Assembly: GCA_020348445.1 (NCBI GenBank)
Contig: CP070751.1
Span: 3,875,765-3,939,764, forward strand
DNA from: Thermoplasmata archaeon
GTDB taxonomy: Archaea; Thermoplasmatota; Thermoplasmata; GCA-020350865
Direction: 5' to 3'
Length of the DNA: 64,000 nucleotides
Shown here in pieces: positions 26,461-37,023 of the stretch. The position numbers were made by a program, and so were the translations under genes. The notes below the pieces were generated by a model. It was not told the DNA's origin. It worked only from the letters and a program-made list of their open reading frames with translations, and ran no database searches. The stretch's first letter is position 1. The number at the start of each line of letters is the position of its first letter.

Positions 26461-27330
26461 TCATTTGCCAAATTCTTTTTTAGAATCCATTGTTGCGGAT
26501 CGAATGTCCTTTTCTAGAAGCCTTTGAAGTTCTGAAAAAAGTTCCATTCTCGTATCCCTTATAGTAGGGCGAAATTCCCTTGCAGTGGAAAGCTCCTTCA
26601 GATCTATATCACATTTTACGACATCTTCCTTGAAATATTCACCTTTTGCTTTAACATCCCCCCTTGGGCCGATTGCGGTATTACCGCCCCAGTATACCAT
26701 ATTCAACTCGGTTCCCACCAGATTAGTGTAAGTGAAGAAAATCGTGTTCTCAATGGCTCTGGAAACGATCACCTTTTCAAAAAATGGTCTCGTAGTCGAG
26801 GGGGAGGCAGAAATACACACCAAGATGTCTGCTCCTTTCAGAGCATATATCTTGGACACCTCTGGGAAGAAACAGTCAAAGCATATCAACATTCCAATTT
26901 TCCCGATCTTGGTTTCAAAAACGGGTAGCTCATTACCATAACCAAAGTATTGGTGTTCCTCAAATGGCCCAAAATTGGCAAGGTGCAATTTTCTGTAACA
27001 GCCTACCTCTTCATTTGGATAGACCAAAACAGAGCTGTTGTAATATAGGCCCTCTGGCTCCATTGCCTTCTCAGGCATGCCGAAGACGATGTGCGTGTCA
27101 TATTCTTTCGCAATCCTTGCAACCTGCATAGCTGAGGGGCCATCAAGAGGTTCGGCAAGCTTCGTGAGGTTGTCACGGCACATATAGCCAGAAAGGAACA
27201 ATTCCCCAAATACAACGATATCTGAATCCGAAGTTTTTACTACATTCTCTATTTTATCCAGATTTGTTTTTTTATCCCCTAAAGCGCAAAATTGCTGTGC
27301 AAGAGTTAATTTCATTACCGTCACCACCAA
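26461..27330 (-). CDS. Carbon-nitrogen hydrolase (nitrilase superfamily)
   Basis: Catalytic triad motifs VFGEL, YRKLHL and ICFD. Confidence 0.9.
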   Translation of the reverse strand: MVVTVMKLTLAQQFCALGDKKTNLDKIENVVKTSDSDIVVFGELFLSGYMCRDNLTKLAEPLDGPSAMQVARIAKEYDTHIVFGMPEKAMEPEGLYYNSSVLVYPNEEVGCYRKLHLANFGPFEEHQYFGYGNELPVFETKIGKIGMLICFDCFFPEVSKIYALKGADILVCISASPSTTRPFFEKVIVSRAIENTIFFTYTNLVGTELNMVYWGGNTAIGPRGDVKAKGEYFKEDVVKCDIDLKELSTAREFRPTIRDTRMELFSELQRLLEKDIRSATMDSKKEFGK

Positions 27331-27520
27331 TAACTTTAGATAGGAATTGCGTTAATATATAATATCTATTATGTTGTATATGCTTGAATAAAATGAGATA
27401 TAGTATTGAGGAATAAAGGAGATTGAATCTGAAAATCAAAATATTACATCCACAAAGAAAATTCTAAATACCAACGATAAATTGTAGATAGGGAATAATT
27501 CGCAAAAGAGGTTTAAAGCC

Positions 27521-28522
27521 ATGGTAATCGCTTTGGAAAGCAAGGAATTGAGGGAAAAGATACTGGCCAATCCAAAAAGGATCCTGAATATTGCGAAGAA
27601 CATGGGTGCCAATGTAAGGCATTCCGAAAAGCTCTTCGACGCTTTAATGAACGATTTTTTAAGTGCAGATGAGTGGCATAGCAAGTTAGAGGAAATGATC
27701 GACCTCACTTCCCTGGCGATAATTGAATCCCTCAGAGCCGAGTTCAAAAAGCAGGGTCTTGGAGAGTTCGATGTAGAGAAATATTTTCTTAGAGCGATGC
27801 TGCAACTGAAGCAGTCCACCCCAGATAGTATAAAAAAGGCTCAGGAATCGATAAAGAGGGCAAAGACCGAGGCGAAAAGGCTTCAAAGTGCAAAAAAGGA
27901 GACTTTGAAAATTACCCTTGAAATAGAGGCTATGCTAAAGGAAGCAAAAGAGCAAAATAAAGCTAGATCACCCAGAAATGAATATCAAAAAATAGCGGGG
28001 GGCCTCAAAGAGACCTTGAAAGTTTTGGATAGTGGTAACTATGAACTTGCGCTTTACATGGCCAAGAGACTTTCAAAAGAGGCTGAAAATCTCAAAGATA
28101 TCAAGCTCATAGCTCTGAGAAACGCGGCGAAAGCAGGACATGTGGTTTCAAAGGTGAAGGGGGAGGATCCTGGGTCTTTACCTTCAAATGCCCTTACAAA
28201 ATTAAACACCTTTTTAAGCACGATAAAATATCTTCTGGAAGAGGAGGACTATCAAACCGCTACACTTCTTGCAAGAGAGGTGAAGTGCGAGGCCGAGAAG
28301 TTTCTGCCTCCCGATAAGGTGGGCATTTCCAAATATGTCTGTCCCATATGTTTTGACTTAAATTGTCCCAATGTACTTTGCAATCTCAGTATTTCACCAT
28401 CGCCACTGGCAAGGGAAACCTGCAGAACTTACTGCACTTGTGGAATGCTCTATCATATCTGTTGCGTTCAAAAGGGAGCCCATTTAACTTGCGTTTCGTG
28501 TTTGAGGCCTTTGAAGGGATAA
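27521..28522 (+). CDS. Hypothetical helical protein with C-terminal RING/PHD-like Zn finger
   Basis: Coiled-coil-like body; CPIC...CTCGMLYHICC...CVSC at the C-terminus. Confidence 0.7.
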   Translation: MVIALESKELREKILANPKRILNIAKNMGANVRHSEKLFDALMNDFLSADEWHSKLEEMIDLTSLAIIESLRAEFKKQGLGEFDVEKYFLRAMLQLKQSTPDSIKKAQESIKRAKTEAKRLQSAKKETLKITLEIEAMLKEAKEQNKARSPRNEYQKIAGGLKETLKVLDSGNYELALYMAKRLSKEAENLKDIKLIALRNAAKAGHVVSKVKGEDPGSLPSNALTKLNTFLSTIKYLLEEEDYQTATLLAREVKCEAEKFLPPDKVGISKYVCPICFDLNCPNVLCNLSISPSPLARETCRTYCTCGMLYHICCVQKGAHLTCVSCLRPLKG

Positions 28523-28608
28523 GGATCTAATTATATACACAAATTTTATTTTTCTTTAAACCACAAATCACATAATACCAAAATACAAGTGATTTAAATG
28601 AGTATAAA

Positions 28609-29304
28609 TCAGGAAAAAAACCGTTCTATTTCATTAATAATGGTTACTTTAATGCTCTCTGCCTTCTTTTGAAGATTATCCATGTCATTTTTCGTTTTGC
28701 TTACGAAATCCTCATCTTCAATATATTTCAGGTTCACCTTCACATTCAAGATAGCCCCCGAAAAACCTGAATATGCTAAAAGAGCTCCTACACCAGAGTC
28801 TGTTATGGCATTTTGGTTACCCTTTGCTGTAGTAAATTGCCCTAATTCTATGACCCTAAGGCATTTTTTCGCCACTAAATAAGGTACACTAGCTGCCCTC
28901 TTGTAGGCACTTTGTAGTTTCTCATTTCTTATGGCCTCATCCTTGATTTTGAAGGCTTCCATAACTTCACAGAAAGCCTCCATATCCTTTTTGGAAAGGC
29001 CAAATAGTTCCTCTCTTAGGGCCTCGGCTTCTTCCAAAATCCTTTTCATTTCGTCCTCAACAACCCCATACTTTTTCTTTCCAATGGTGAGATTGCATAC
29101 CATCGAGATCAGGGCAGCGCCAAAGCTGCCTGCAAGGGCGGCCACACTTCCTCCCCCTGGGGCAGGGGAGTCGGAAGATATTTCCTTTAGTAAATCTTCG
29201 ATGTCGGATTCGATATCCAAAAACTCACTCCCACAACCTGTTCTCAAGAATCTGGGATTTATCAAAATTCTCAATTCTGAGGTAATAATCTGCAGCATCC
29301 ACAA
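28609..29304 (-). CDS. Formiminotetrahydrofolate cyclodeaminase/cyclohydrolase (true start probably near 29219)
   Basis: SDSPAPGGGSVAALAGS.GAAL..MV..LT.GKK; GN.NA.TD; LNV.VNL. Confidence 0.9.
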   Translation of the reverse strand: MWMLQIITSELRILINPRFLRTGCGSEFLDIESDIEDLLKEISSDSPAPGGGSVAALAGSFGAALISMVCNLTIGKKKYGVVEDEMKRILEEAEALREELFGLSKKDMEAFCEVMEAFKIKDEAIRNEKLQSAYKRAASVPYLVAKKCLRVIELGQFTTAKGNQNAITDSGVGALLAYSGFSGAILNVKVNLKYIEDEDFVSKTKNDMDNLQKKAESIKVTIINEIERFFS

Positions 29305-30124
29305 GGGCGTTCATTGGGATTAAACCCACAATCTCACTACCCAAGATTTCAACACCATATCTTTCAGCTTCCTTCTTAATCATCTCAAAAACCCTGAAGA
29401 TCGGGGTTTGTTGATAATTTGTCAGGTTCATGGAGACCTGAACAATTCCTCGCTCCTTGATCTCCAGCCCAAGGGCCTTGACATATCTGAGACCCCCGCT
29501 GGAGTGCCTTATTGCTTTTGCAATAGATTTTGCTACATTTATATCATTGGTGCTTAGATTGACATTGTACGCCACAAGGGGCATTCTTGCCCCGATTACA
29601 GTTGCACCGGCAGTTGGATGCAGACTACTTGGTCCAAAATCGGGTTTTCTATCAGGATCCTTTGAGATAGCTTCCTTTAGGCCTTCATATTGCCCTTTCC
29701 TGATATTAGCAAGGTTCTGTCTTGTCGGTTTTATGGCCGCGTGTTCATAGAGGTATATAGGTATCTTCAATTTATCTGCTACCTCTTGTCCCAGTTCTTT
29801 TGCCATATTCACACAGTCGTCAATAGTAACTCCTGAAATGGGTATAAAAGGCACAACATCTGTGGCCCCGATTCTGGGATGTTCACCAGAATGCTCGTTC
29901 ATATCAATTAGTTCTGCTGCCTTGGATATGGCGGAAAATGCGGCTTTTTTTACACCTTCAGGTTCTCCCACAAACGTGAAAACACTTCTGTTGTGGTCCT
30001 TGTCAGATTCGTAAGCCAGGAGTCTTACTTTTTCGGTATTCTTGATCTGCTGTGCAATGGCCTCTAAAACTTCTTTATTCCGCCCTTCACTGAAGTTCGG
30101 AACGCACTCCACTATTTTTATCAT
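29225..30124 (-). CDS. ftcD: Glutamate formiminotransferase
   Basis: VECVPNFSEGR, D.DHNRSV.T, H.GEHPR.GA.DV.PF.P, HP.AGA..IGAR..L.AYN and QVSMN. Confidence 0.95.
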   Translation of the reverse strand: MIKIVECVPNFSEGRNKEVLEAIAQQIKNTEKVRLLAYESDKDHNRSVFTFVGEPEGVKKAAFSAISKAAELIDMNEHSGEHPRIGATDVVPFIPISGVTIDDCVNMAKELGQEVADKLKIPIYLYEHAAIKPTRQNLANIRKGQYEGLKEAISKDPDRKPDFGPSSLHPTAGATVIGARMPLVAYNVNLSTNDINVAKSIAKAIRHSSGGLRYVKALGLEIKERGIVQVSMNLTNYQQTPIFRVFEMIKKEAERYGVEILGSEIVGLIPMNALVDAADYYLRIENFDKSQILENRLWE

Positions 30125-30162
30125 GATATTCGGCCCTCCAAGGGAATGGATAAAAGGGAGAG

Positions 30163-30828
30163 TTGATATATACGTTTTGGTGTTCTATTAAAAATATACA
30201 ATTTGATAAGGAGTCGGCTGAAGTGAAGAAAAAAGCACTGGAGATGACTTTACAAAAAATACCATCTCATCCTGAGCCAAAACCTCGTTTGGAACAGTAT
30301 GCAACACCTGCCAATATCGCAGCAGATGTGCTTTTTCTTGCCCACTCCTTTGGGGATATTGAAAATAAAGTGGTATTTGACCTAGGATGCGGAACCGGGA
30401 CCTTTGCTATAGGTGCTAAGCTACTTGGAGCAAGGGAGGTAATGGGAATAGATATTGATTCCAAAGCCATTGAAATAGCGACTGAAACGGTAGAGAATTT
30501 CGGTTTGGAGGTGGATTTTCGCATATCTGAGATAAAAGATTTTAATATGAAGTGCGATACTGTGCTACAAAATCCGCCTTTTGGGGCGCAGAAAAAGCAT
30601 GCAGATAGACCCTTTATAAAAGTGGCATTAGACATTGCTAAGGTTGTCTATTCGCTTCATCTTGAAAAAACCCGAGAATTCATCGAAGAAGAAGCAAAAA
30701 AACAAAAAGCAAGGGTAACACATACAAAAAGTTACGAATTCGAAATTAGACATACATTCAAATTTCACAGCAAGGAAAAAAAATTCTTTGATGTGATGAT
30801 GTTCAGAATGGAAAAATTGAGGGAATGA
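30163..30828 (+). CDS. METTL5/COG2263 RNA N6-adenine methyltransferase (start probably GTG 30223)
   Basis: LEQYATP, DLGCGTG, QNPPFG and KHAD.PF motifs. Confidence 0.9.
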   Translation: MIYTFWCSIKNIQFDKESAEVKKKALEMTLQKIPSHPEPKPRLEQYATPANIAADVLFLAHSFGDIENKVVFDLGCGTGTFAIGAKLLGAREVMGIDIDSKAIEIATETVENFGLEVDFRISEIKDFNMKCDTVLQNPPFGAQKKHADRPFIKVALDIAKVVYSLHLEKTREFIEEEAKKQKARVTHTKSYEFEIRHTFKFHSKEKKFFDVMMFRMEKLRE

Positions 30829-30829
30829 G

Positions 30830-31393
30830 ATGAACAAGGAGAAGAAAATCGTAATACCAGGGGAGGAGATCGCCACAACTGAGGAATTCCTTGCGGGTGA
30901 GGGAACCTACGAGCAAAAGGGCAGCATTTTCTCGTCCTATTTGGGAAGGTTGAATCTCGATGCTGAGGAGATGGTGGCTAAGGTAGAACCCATAAATCCC
31001 CTGGTGAGGTTAAATGTTGGGGACATGGTCTTGGCCCGTGTGGGTGATGTAAAAAGTAGCATGGTCATCGCAGATGTGGTGCGCGTGGAGGGTAATACCA
31101 GAGCAGTAAGTGGTGAGACTTTAGGTTCTATCCATATTTCCAAGATATCAGAGGGGTATACCGCTGACGTATGGAAGGAGTTCAGAATAGGTGATATTAT
31201 CAGGGCAAAAGTGGTGCAGGTAAAACCCTCTCTTCAACTATCCACGGACAGGCCAAATCTTGGTGTGTTACTTGCATTGTGTACACGGTGTAGAATGCCT
31301 TTGGAAAAAAAGGACAAAACCTTGTTCTGCGAAAACTGTCAACGCTCCGAGTTGAGAAATATAGCCCCTGATTATGGGAGATACGGGCATTAG
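30830..31393 (+). CDS. csl4: Exosome complex RNA-binding protein Csl4
   Basis: V.PGE...T.EEF..G.GTY; S1 domain; GDII.AKV; LGV..A.C..C Zn ribbon C..C. Confidence 0.93.
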   Translation: MNKEKKIVIPGEEIATTEEFLAGEGTYEQKGSIFSSYLGRLNLDAEEMVAKVEPINPLVRLNVGDMVLARVGDVKSSMVIADVVRVEGNTRAVSGETLGSIHISKISEGYTADVWKEFRIGDIIRAKVVQVKPSLQLSTDRPNLGVLLALCTRCRMPLEKKDKTLFCENCQRSELRNIAPDYGRYGH

Positions 31394-31481
31394 AAAACAT
31401 CCAGTATTTCTAATATTTGAACCAAGGAAAAGCATAATAATAACCTAAGATATTAACGTAATAACGCAGGGTGAATATGAT

Positions 31482-31667
31482 ATGAGTGCAAGCACAGAGG
31501 AACTTATTAAGGCTGTCAATGAGCTGAAAGTGGAGATTCAACGCATACGGGAAGTTGTGGATATCCTGCTCAATGTGGTGATAGAAGGGGAGTTGGAGGA
31601 GGACGTTCGATTGGAACTCCAGATGAGTTACCTAAAAGACATGGACCCCTTCGGAATGTATAATTAA
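31482..31667 (+). CDS. Small hypothetical protein
   Basis: 61 aa coiled-coil-like, GGGTGA RBS, ends in an FGMYN motif. Confidence 0.6.
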   Translation: MSASTEELIKAVNELKVEIQRIREVVDILLNVVIEGELEEDVRLELQMSYLKDMDPFGMYN

Positions 31668-31971
31668 AAGGATACAAACATTTACTCTGCCACATCCCTT
31701 TTATAAATAGGATATAGGTCTCCTGCAGGATAGCTGATATCACGTGATTTCTGGTATGTAGCGCGGATATAATGTCTAAACAAAAATACCGTGATTCAAT
31801 TATTCATCTTATTACTGATTTGATTCTACAACAGAAAAAACCTTATTTAACCCCTACCTTATCCGTAACTCCAATGAGTATTTCGAGTAACCTCTGAAAA
31901 AGGAGAGTGGAACCGAGGTATCCTTATAATGAACACTTATACCATACAGTTGGTATCTAGCGGGAGGAAAG

Positions 31972-32883
31972 TTGATTGATATGGACCTTGAAGAAGCCGC
32001 AAAAAAGATAGAAACCATGGAGGTGAGGGGTGCTGCAAAGATCGCCCGCCTGGCAGCTTTGGCCTTAAAAGATTTTACCTTGAGTTATGAAGGCTCAGAT
32101 ATCGGGCAATTCAAAGATGACCTGATAGAGGCCAAAGAACGTTTGTTATCAACAAGGCCAACTGCTGTTTCTCTGAGAAATGCACTGGCTATAGTATTGA
32201 AGGGGATTGAAAAAGAGGACAACATCACTGAATTAAAAAAGAAAGTATCCGCCTCTGCAGATAATTTTATAAAAAAATCTGAATCTGCCCTTGATGTCAT
32301 AGCTGAGATAGGCTCTAAAAGAATAAAGGATGGTGATGTGTTAGTAACCCACTGCAACAGTTCAGCAGCAGTCTCCACGATCATCAAGGCCCATAAAGAT
32401 GGTAAGAATATTAGGGTCTATGCCACTGAATCAAGACCTAAAAGACAGGGTTATATCACCGTAAGAGAACTTGTCAAGGCGGGGGTGCCCACAACTCTAA
32501 TAGTGGACTCTGCAGTTAGATACGTTATGTCAAAAGTGGATATGGTAGTGGTGGGAGCAGATACGGTTGCCTCAAACGGTGCAGTAATAAACAAGATTGG
32601 CACATCTCAGATAGCGCTGTGCGCCCATGAAGCGAGGGTACCTGTGATGGTGTGTGCCGAAACCTACAAGTTCTCCCATGAGACCATGGCAGGGGAGCTT
32701 GTGGAGATAGAAGAAAGGGATGTTAATGAAATTGTTAATCAGGATGATTTTCCAGGTGTGAAGTTATTTAATCCGGTTTTTGATGCGACTCCTCCAGAAT
32801 ACATAGATGTAATCGTAACTGAGGAGGGCGTTATATCACCACATGCAGCGTATGAAATTATTAAATCTATGGATATCAAATAA
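31972..32883 (+). CDS. Ribose-1,5-bisphosphate isomerase (eIF2B-like)
   Basis: M.VRGA..IAR, RPTAVSL.NA, THCNS, ESRP..QG, VGAD.V..NG..INKIGT and NP.FD.TP; adjacent to AMP phosphorylase. Confidence 0.92.
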   Translation: MIDMDLEEAAKKIETMEVRGAAKIARLAALALKDFTLSYEGSDIGQFKDDLIEAKERLLSTRPTAVSLRNALAIVLKGIEKEDNITELKKKVSASADNFIKKSESALDVIAEIGSKRIKDGDVLVTHCNSSAAVSTIIKAHKDGKNIRVYATESRPKRQGYITVRELVKAGVPTTLIVDSAVRYVMSKVDMVVVGADTVASNGAVINKIGTSQIALCAHEARVPVMVCAETYKFSHETMAGELVEIEERDVNEIVNQDDFPGVKLFNPVFDATPPEYIDVIVTEEGVISPHAAYEIIKSMDIK

Positions 32884-32908
32884 ATTGGTATTTTAAGAGG
32901 GGATATAT

Positions 32909-34435
32909 ATGTATAAAGTAAAAAAAATAGATCTTTGCGCAGGCGAGTTCACTGTTATACTCCATGAGAAGGATGCAAAGGAGTTGGGTGTGAGGAATTT
33001 GGATAGAGTTAGGGTGGTGGGACCAAAAAGTAGCATCACCGCCATTGTGGAAACCACAGATAGCATTGTAGATACAGAAGAGGTGGGATTGCTTGAAATA
33101 GGTTTTAATACTCTCGAGATAAAGGATGGCATGAATGTGGATTTGATGCCCACCACTAGACCGGAATCTGTTGATTTCATTAAGAAGAAGATGAATGGTC
33201 AAGAATTGAGCCAAGAGGAGATAAGGGCAATAGTTAAGGATATAGTGGATAGAACCCTGTCAGATATTGAGCTTTCAGCCTATGTAACCGCGGTTTATAT
33301 AAATAGTATGAACCTAAGAGAAATCACAGATTTGACAAAAGCCATGGTGGAAACTGGAGACATCATTGAGATCGACAAAAAACCTATCTTCGATTTCCAC
33401 AGCATAGGCGGTGTTCCCGGTAATAAGGTCACCCTCTTGGTTGTTCCTATTTTAGCTGCTGCAGGCCTGACCATACCCAAGACCAGTTCTCGGGCCATTA
33501 GTAGTGCATGTGGTACTGCAGACATCTTCGAGGTCCTTGCAAATGTCACACTAAAGGCCTCCGAAATAAAACGAATAACAGAGAGTGTTGGAGGAGTGAT
33601 TGCCTGGGGAGGTGGTGTGAATATCGCTCCTGCGGACGATCTCATCATTCGAGCTGAATATCCCTTGGCAATCGATCCCTACTCGCAGGTTATAGCTTCT
33701 GTGGTGGCAAAGAAGAAAGCCGTTGGCGCAGAGTATTTCCTCCTAGATATCCCAATTGGCCAAGGAACAAAGGTTCCGGATGAAGAGCTTGCTAAAAAAT
33801 ATGCCAGGGATTTCATGGATCTTGGGGAAAGATTGGACATAAGAGTTGAATGTGCAATCACATATGGGGGCCAGCCCATTGGTAGGGCTATCGGATGTTC
33901 CCTTGAAGCAAGTGAGGCCATGATGGCTTTGGAAGGTAAAGAGGTGGCAGGTAGTCTAATCGAGAAGGCCTGCGGGTTGGCGGGGATAATGCTGGAGATG
34001 GGGGGAGTCGTCCACGGCTCTGGTAAGGAATATGCCAAGAAACTTCTGGATAATGGAAAGGCTCTAGAAAAGATGAAGGAGATCATCCAGGCTCAAGGAG
34101 GGGATCCTGATATTAAATCCGAGGGCATTAAAATTGGAGAATGCAAATTTGACTTTATCACAAATACCGGCGGGTATATTGCCGAGATCAGAAACAAGCA
34201 TCTTGTGAAAATAGCTAGGGCAGCAGGTTCACCAAAGGATAAAGGCGCAGGTGTCATTCTTAAGAAAAAAGGTGGCGACAAAGTGGAAAAGGGGGAGGTG
34301 GTATTCACGATTTGTGCTGACAATGAAAGGAAATTGGAGAATGCAAAATCAATTGCACAGCGCTTAGTCCCCATCAATATAGAAGGTATGATACTTCAAA
34401 AGATCCCTTCCTACCATCGTCCAAGTGTTCTTTAA
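32909..34435 (+). CDS. deoA: AMP phosphorylase
   Basis: N-terminal double-psi domain, HSIGGVPGNK, KTSSRAISS..GTAD, DIP.G...K and G.P.DKGAG. Confidence 0.95.
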   Translation: MYKVKKIDLCAGEFTVILHEKDAKELGVRNLDRVRVVGPKSSITAIVETTDSIVDTEEVGLLEIGFNTLEIKDGMNVDLMPTTRPESVDFIKKKMNGQELSQEEIRAIVKDIVDRTLSDIELSAYVTAVYINSMNLREITDLTKAMVETGDIIEIDKKPIFDFHSIGGVPGNKVTLLVVPILAAAGLTIPKTSSRAISSACGTADIFEVLANVTLKASEIKRITESVGGVIAWGGGVNIAPADDLIIRAEYPLAIDPYSQVIASVVAKKKAVGAEYFLLDIPIGQGTKVPDEELAKKYARDFMDLGERLDIRVECAITYGGQPIGRAIGCSLEASEAMMALEGKEVAGSLIEKACGLAGIMLEMGGVVHGSGKEYAKKLLDNGKALEKMKEIIQAQGGDPDIKSEGIKIGECKFDFITNTGGYIAEIRNKHLVKIARAAGSPKDKGAGVILKKKGGDKVEKGEVVFTICADNERKLENAKSIAQRLVPINIEGMILQKIPSYHRPSVL

Positions 34436-34446
34436 TTTATAATTAG

Positions 34447-35277
34447 TTATTCCCTCCAATCCGCGCCCAACGTTCTGATTCCCAATTTAGGAATCAATGG
34501 TATCTTTCTCTTGTGCACATTTTTTTGTACCAAATCCAGAATTCTGGCAACCTCGTTCTCCGCAATTCCTGTCCTTTTAGCAATTTCCTTGGCATCCAGT
34601 TTGAGCTCGATTCCAAGAAGGATTGCATCCAAATCCTTATATCGGATTCCAAGCTCATTCTCATCGGTCTGGCCTTGGGCAAGTCCTGCTGAGGGGGGTT
34701 TTGAAATGATGGTCTCTTGTATGTCGATGGCTTTTGCCAATTCAATAATCTGGGTCTTGTAGAGATCACCGATAGGTGCGAAATCTGCTCCACTGTCCCC
34801 AAATTTCGTGAAATAACCGGTAAGAAGCTCGCTTTTGTTGCTTGTTCCCATGACGATTTTATTATCAAGATTTGCATGTATATAAAGGAGTATCATCCTG
34901 CATCTGGCTTTGATATTGCCCAATGCTTTGGAATCGAGACTCACAGGAGATAAAAGGGAAGTAAATGATTCCACAATTTCAGTGATATCTATTACACGAT
35001 AATCAATGCTGAGTGAAGATGCAAATTCCAAGGCATCTTTGATGTCCTCCTCTGGTGTGGTGGTCTCAGGCATTATAAGCACGAGCACCTTCTCGGAACC
35101 CAAAGAATCAACGCATAGTTTCGCGACAACAGCGGAATCAAGTCCCCCAGAAAGGCCCAACACAACACCTTTCGCCTTGGCTTCCTCCACCTTCTGCTTG
35201 ATAAATGAGTGAATGACAGAGATGCTCTCGGGTTTGAACTTGGGCTGAAGACCTGGTTTTTCAGGGGATTCTGACAT
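34447..35277 (-). CDS. nadE: NH3-dependent NAD+ synthetase
   Basis: GLSGGLDS, N.KAR.RM, GTSNKSE, YFTKFGD, DLYKTQ, PSAGL..GQTDE.ELG and HKR. Confidence 0.95.
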   Translation of the reverse strand: MSESPEKPGLQPKFKPESISVIHSFIKQKVEEAKAKGVVLGLSGGLDSAVVAKLCVDSLGSEKVLVLIMPETTTPEEDIKDALEFASSLSIDYRVIDITEIVESFTSLLSPVSLDSKALGNIKARCRMILLYIHANLDNKIVMGTSNKSELLTGYFTKFGDSGADFAPIGDLYKTQIIELAKAIDIQETIISKPPSAGLAQGQTDENELGIRYKDLDAILLGIELKLDAKEIAKRTGIAENEVARILDLVQKNVHKRKIPLIPKLGIRTLGADWRE

Positions 35278-35312
35278 GCATTCCCAAATGGTTGGAATAA
35301 GTTATTAGGGTT

Positions 35313-36527
35313 GTGGTGCGGGTACTCTTAAACCACGCAAAATATCTAAGCATAAAAACCTTAATGAACCTAAATTGCGATTCTCGAACTCCTGGAGGCG
35401 AACACATGTCTGATAAATTCGACGATAACTTACAAATCGATGAGAAACTGCAAAAGGCCGCAGATGTGGCTATAAACGAGGTTTTAGGCACAAAGAAGGA
35501 CGAAAAGGTGCTCATCATCACCAATCCAGATAAGGATGTACAGAGTATTTCAATGGCCCTATATGATGCCGCAAGCGAGGTGGGTGCACTTCCTGTATTG
35601 ATATTCCAGCCCGTTAAAACCCAGTTGGATTTTGCAGAAGACAGCGTTATTTCCGCAATCAAGTCAAATCCAGATATAATATTATCCATTAGCAAGCAGA
35701 AGCTTGGTAAAGACAAAAAGGCCCTAAAGAATCCCTACAAAGTGGGAGATAAGGAGTACGATAATACCTTCCACTACCTTTTGAATGAGAAGAAGACCCG
35801 CTCTTTCTGGTCACCCTCAATAACAGCCAGGATGTTCACGGAGACCGTCCCAATTGATTACACTGAATTGAGGGAAACTTGTAAGAAAATTAAAGATGAG
35901 CTTGACAAAGCCATTGAGGTGCATATTATCGCTGAATCTGGCACTGACATTGTTATTGGGTTAAAAGGAAGAGAGGCGAAGGCAGACGATGGTAACTTCA
36001 AAGAATTGGGCAAGGGAGGCAATCTGCCCTGTGGTGAGGTTTTTATATCTCCTGAGCTGGGAACTTCAAATGGCATGATAGGATTTGACGGAAGCATAAC
36101 TGTTGAGGGGGGAGAGGTCATCATCAAAACTCCGATCATGGCAAAAGTGGAAAATGGCTTTGTAACGGAAATTACAGGTGAGGATGAGGCAGAGGAACTG
36201 AAAAAAACCATAGAGAAGGCCGAAAAAACGGTTTCGGAATTCGTGAGCCAGGGAAAAATCCCACAAAAGATGGAAAAAACGTACGCGCAAAATGCTCGTA
36301 ACCTGGGAGAGCTGGGAATAGGTCTCAACCAAAATGCAAAGATCGTTGGCAACATGCTCGAGGATGAGAAAGTTTACGGTACATGTCATGTTGCTATCGG
36401 TGCCAATTATGATGATGATGCAAAATCCCTGATCCACTTGGACGGTTTGATTAAGGATCCTGACATCACAGTAAAATACGAGGATGGAAGCGTAAAAAAC
36501 ATCATGAAAGATGGGAAAGTGGTGTAA
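35313..36527 (+). CDS. M29-family aminopeptidase (start probably ATG 35406)
   Basis: GNLPCGEVF, FDG, ELGIGLN, EDEKV.GT.HVA.G and HLDG motifs. Confidence 0.88.
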   Translation: MVRVLLNHAKYLSIKTLMNLNCDSRTPGGEHMSDKFDDNLQIDEKLQKAADVAINEVLGTKKDEKVLIITNPDKDVQSISMALYDAASEVGALPVLIFQPVKTQLDFAEDSVISAIKSNPDIILSISKQKLGKDKKALKNPYKVGDKEYDNTFHYLLNEKKTRSFWSPSITARMFTETVPIDYTELRETCKKIKDELDKAIEVHIIAESGTDIVIGLKGREAKADDGNFKELGKGGNLPCGEVFISPELGTSNGMIGFDGSITVEGGEVIIKTPIMAKVENGFVTEITGEDEAEELKKTIEKAEKTVSEFVSQGKIPQKMEKTYAQNARNLGELGIGLNQNAKIVGNMLEDEKVYGTCHVAIGANYDDDAKSLIHLDGLIKDPDITVKYEDGSVKNIMKDGKVV

Positions 36528-36695
36528 TTAGAGGGTCACATCGAACTCTTCCTGAAGGTCAAGCACAACCTGCTCCAATACTCCTTCGAAGGTCGTACTT
36601 TTTACCTCTCTTACGCCACCCAAATCGGTTTGAATTCTTGCTAGGTACGAATCGGGACTCTTTAAAATTTCGATACTGCAAAGCGATTCTTCCAT
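36528..36695 (-). CDS. 55-aa acidic microprotein
   Basis: Not in ORF track. MEESLCSIEILKSPDSYLARIQTDLGGVREVKSTTFEGVLEQVVLDLQEEFDVTL with AGGGG upstream; beta-beta-beta-alpha pattern. Confidence 0.65.
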   Translation of the reverse strand: MEESLCSIEILKSPDSYLARIQTDLGGVREVKSTTFEGVLEQVVLDLQEEFDVTL

Positions 36696-37023
36696 GTAAA
36701 TCCCCTGTTATTCTTGATTATCATATAAATAATACCCGGAAATACTGGTCTCAATTTAATCCGAATGAGTGATTTGGTATTAAAATTTATCTGTTACTAA
36801 TAAGGTTATTGGGATTAAACAAGTTAATTGTAAAATATATATCGCATTAATGTCATGCAGATAAACGCATCTTGTGCACATATTTTTTCTATCATTATTC
36901 TTTGATATATGTTGGTTTAAATCGTGCTGTTTAAAAATCATTTAGACAAAGTTATTAACCCAGTTCTGCTGAGGGTAATATCGTCTAAATCTTTTTATAC
37001 TTCAGGCATTATGTTTATCTCTC

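Noticed and set aside
31972-34435. R15P isomerase plus AMP phosphorylase as a novel pathway
   Set aside because: This is the known archaeal AMP/pentose-bisphosphate pathway; it predicts a form III RuBisCO elsewhere but is not new.
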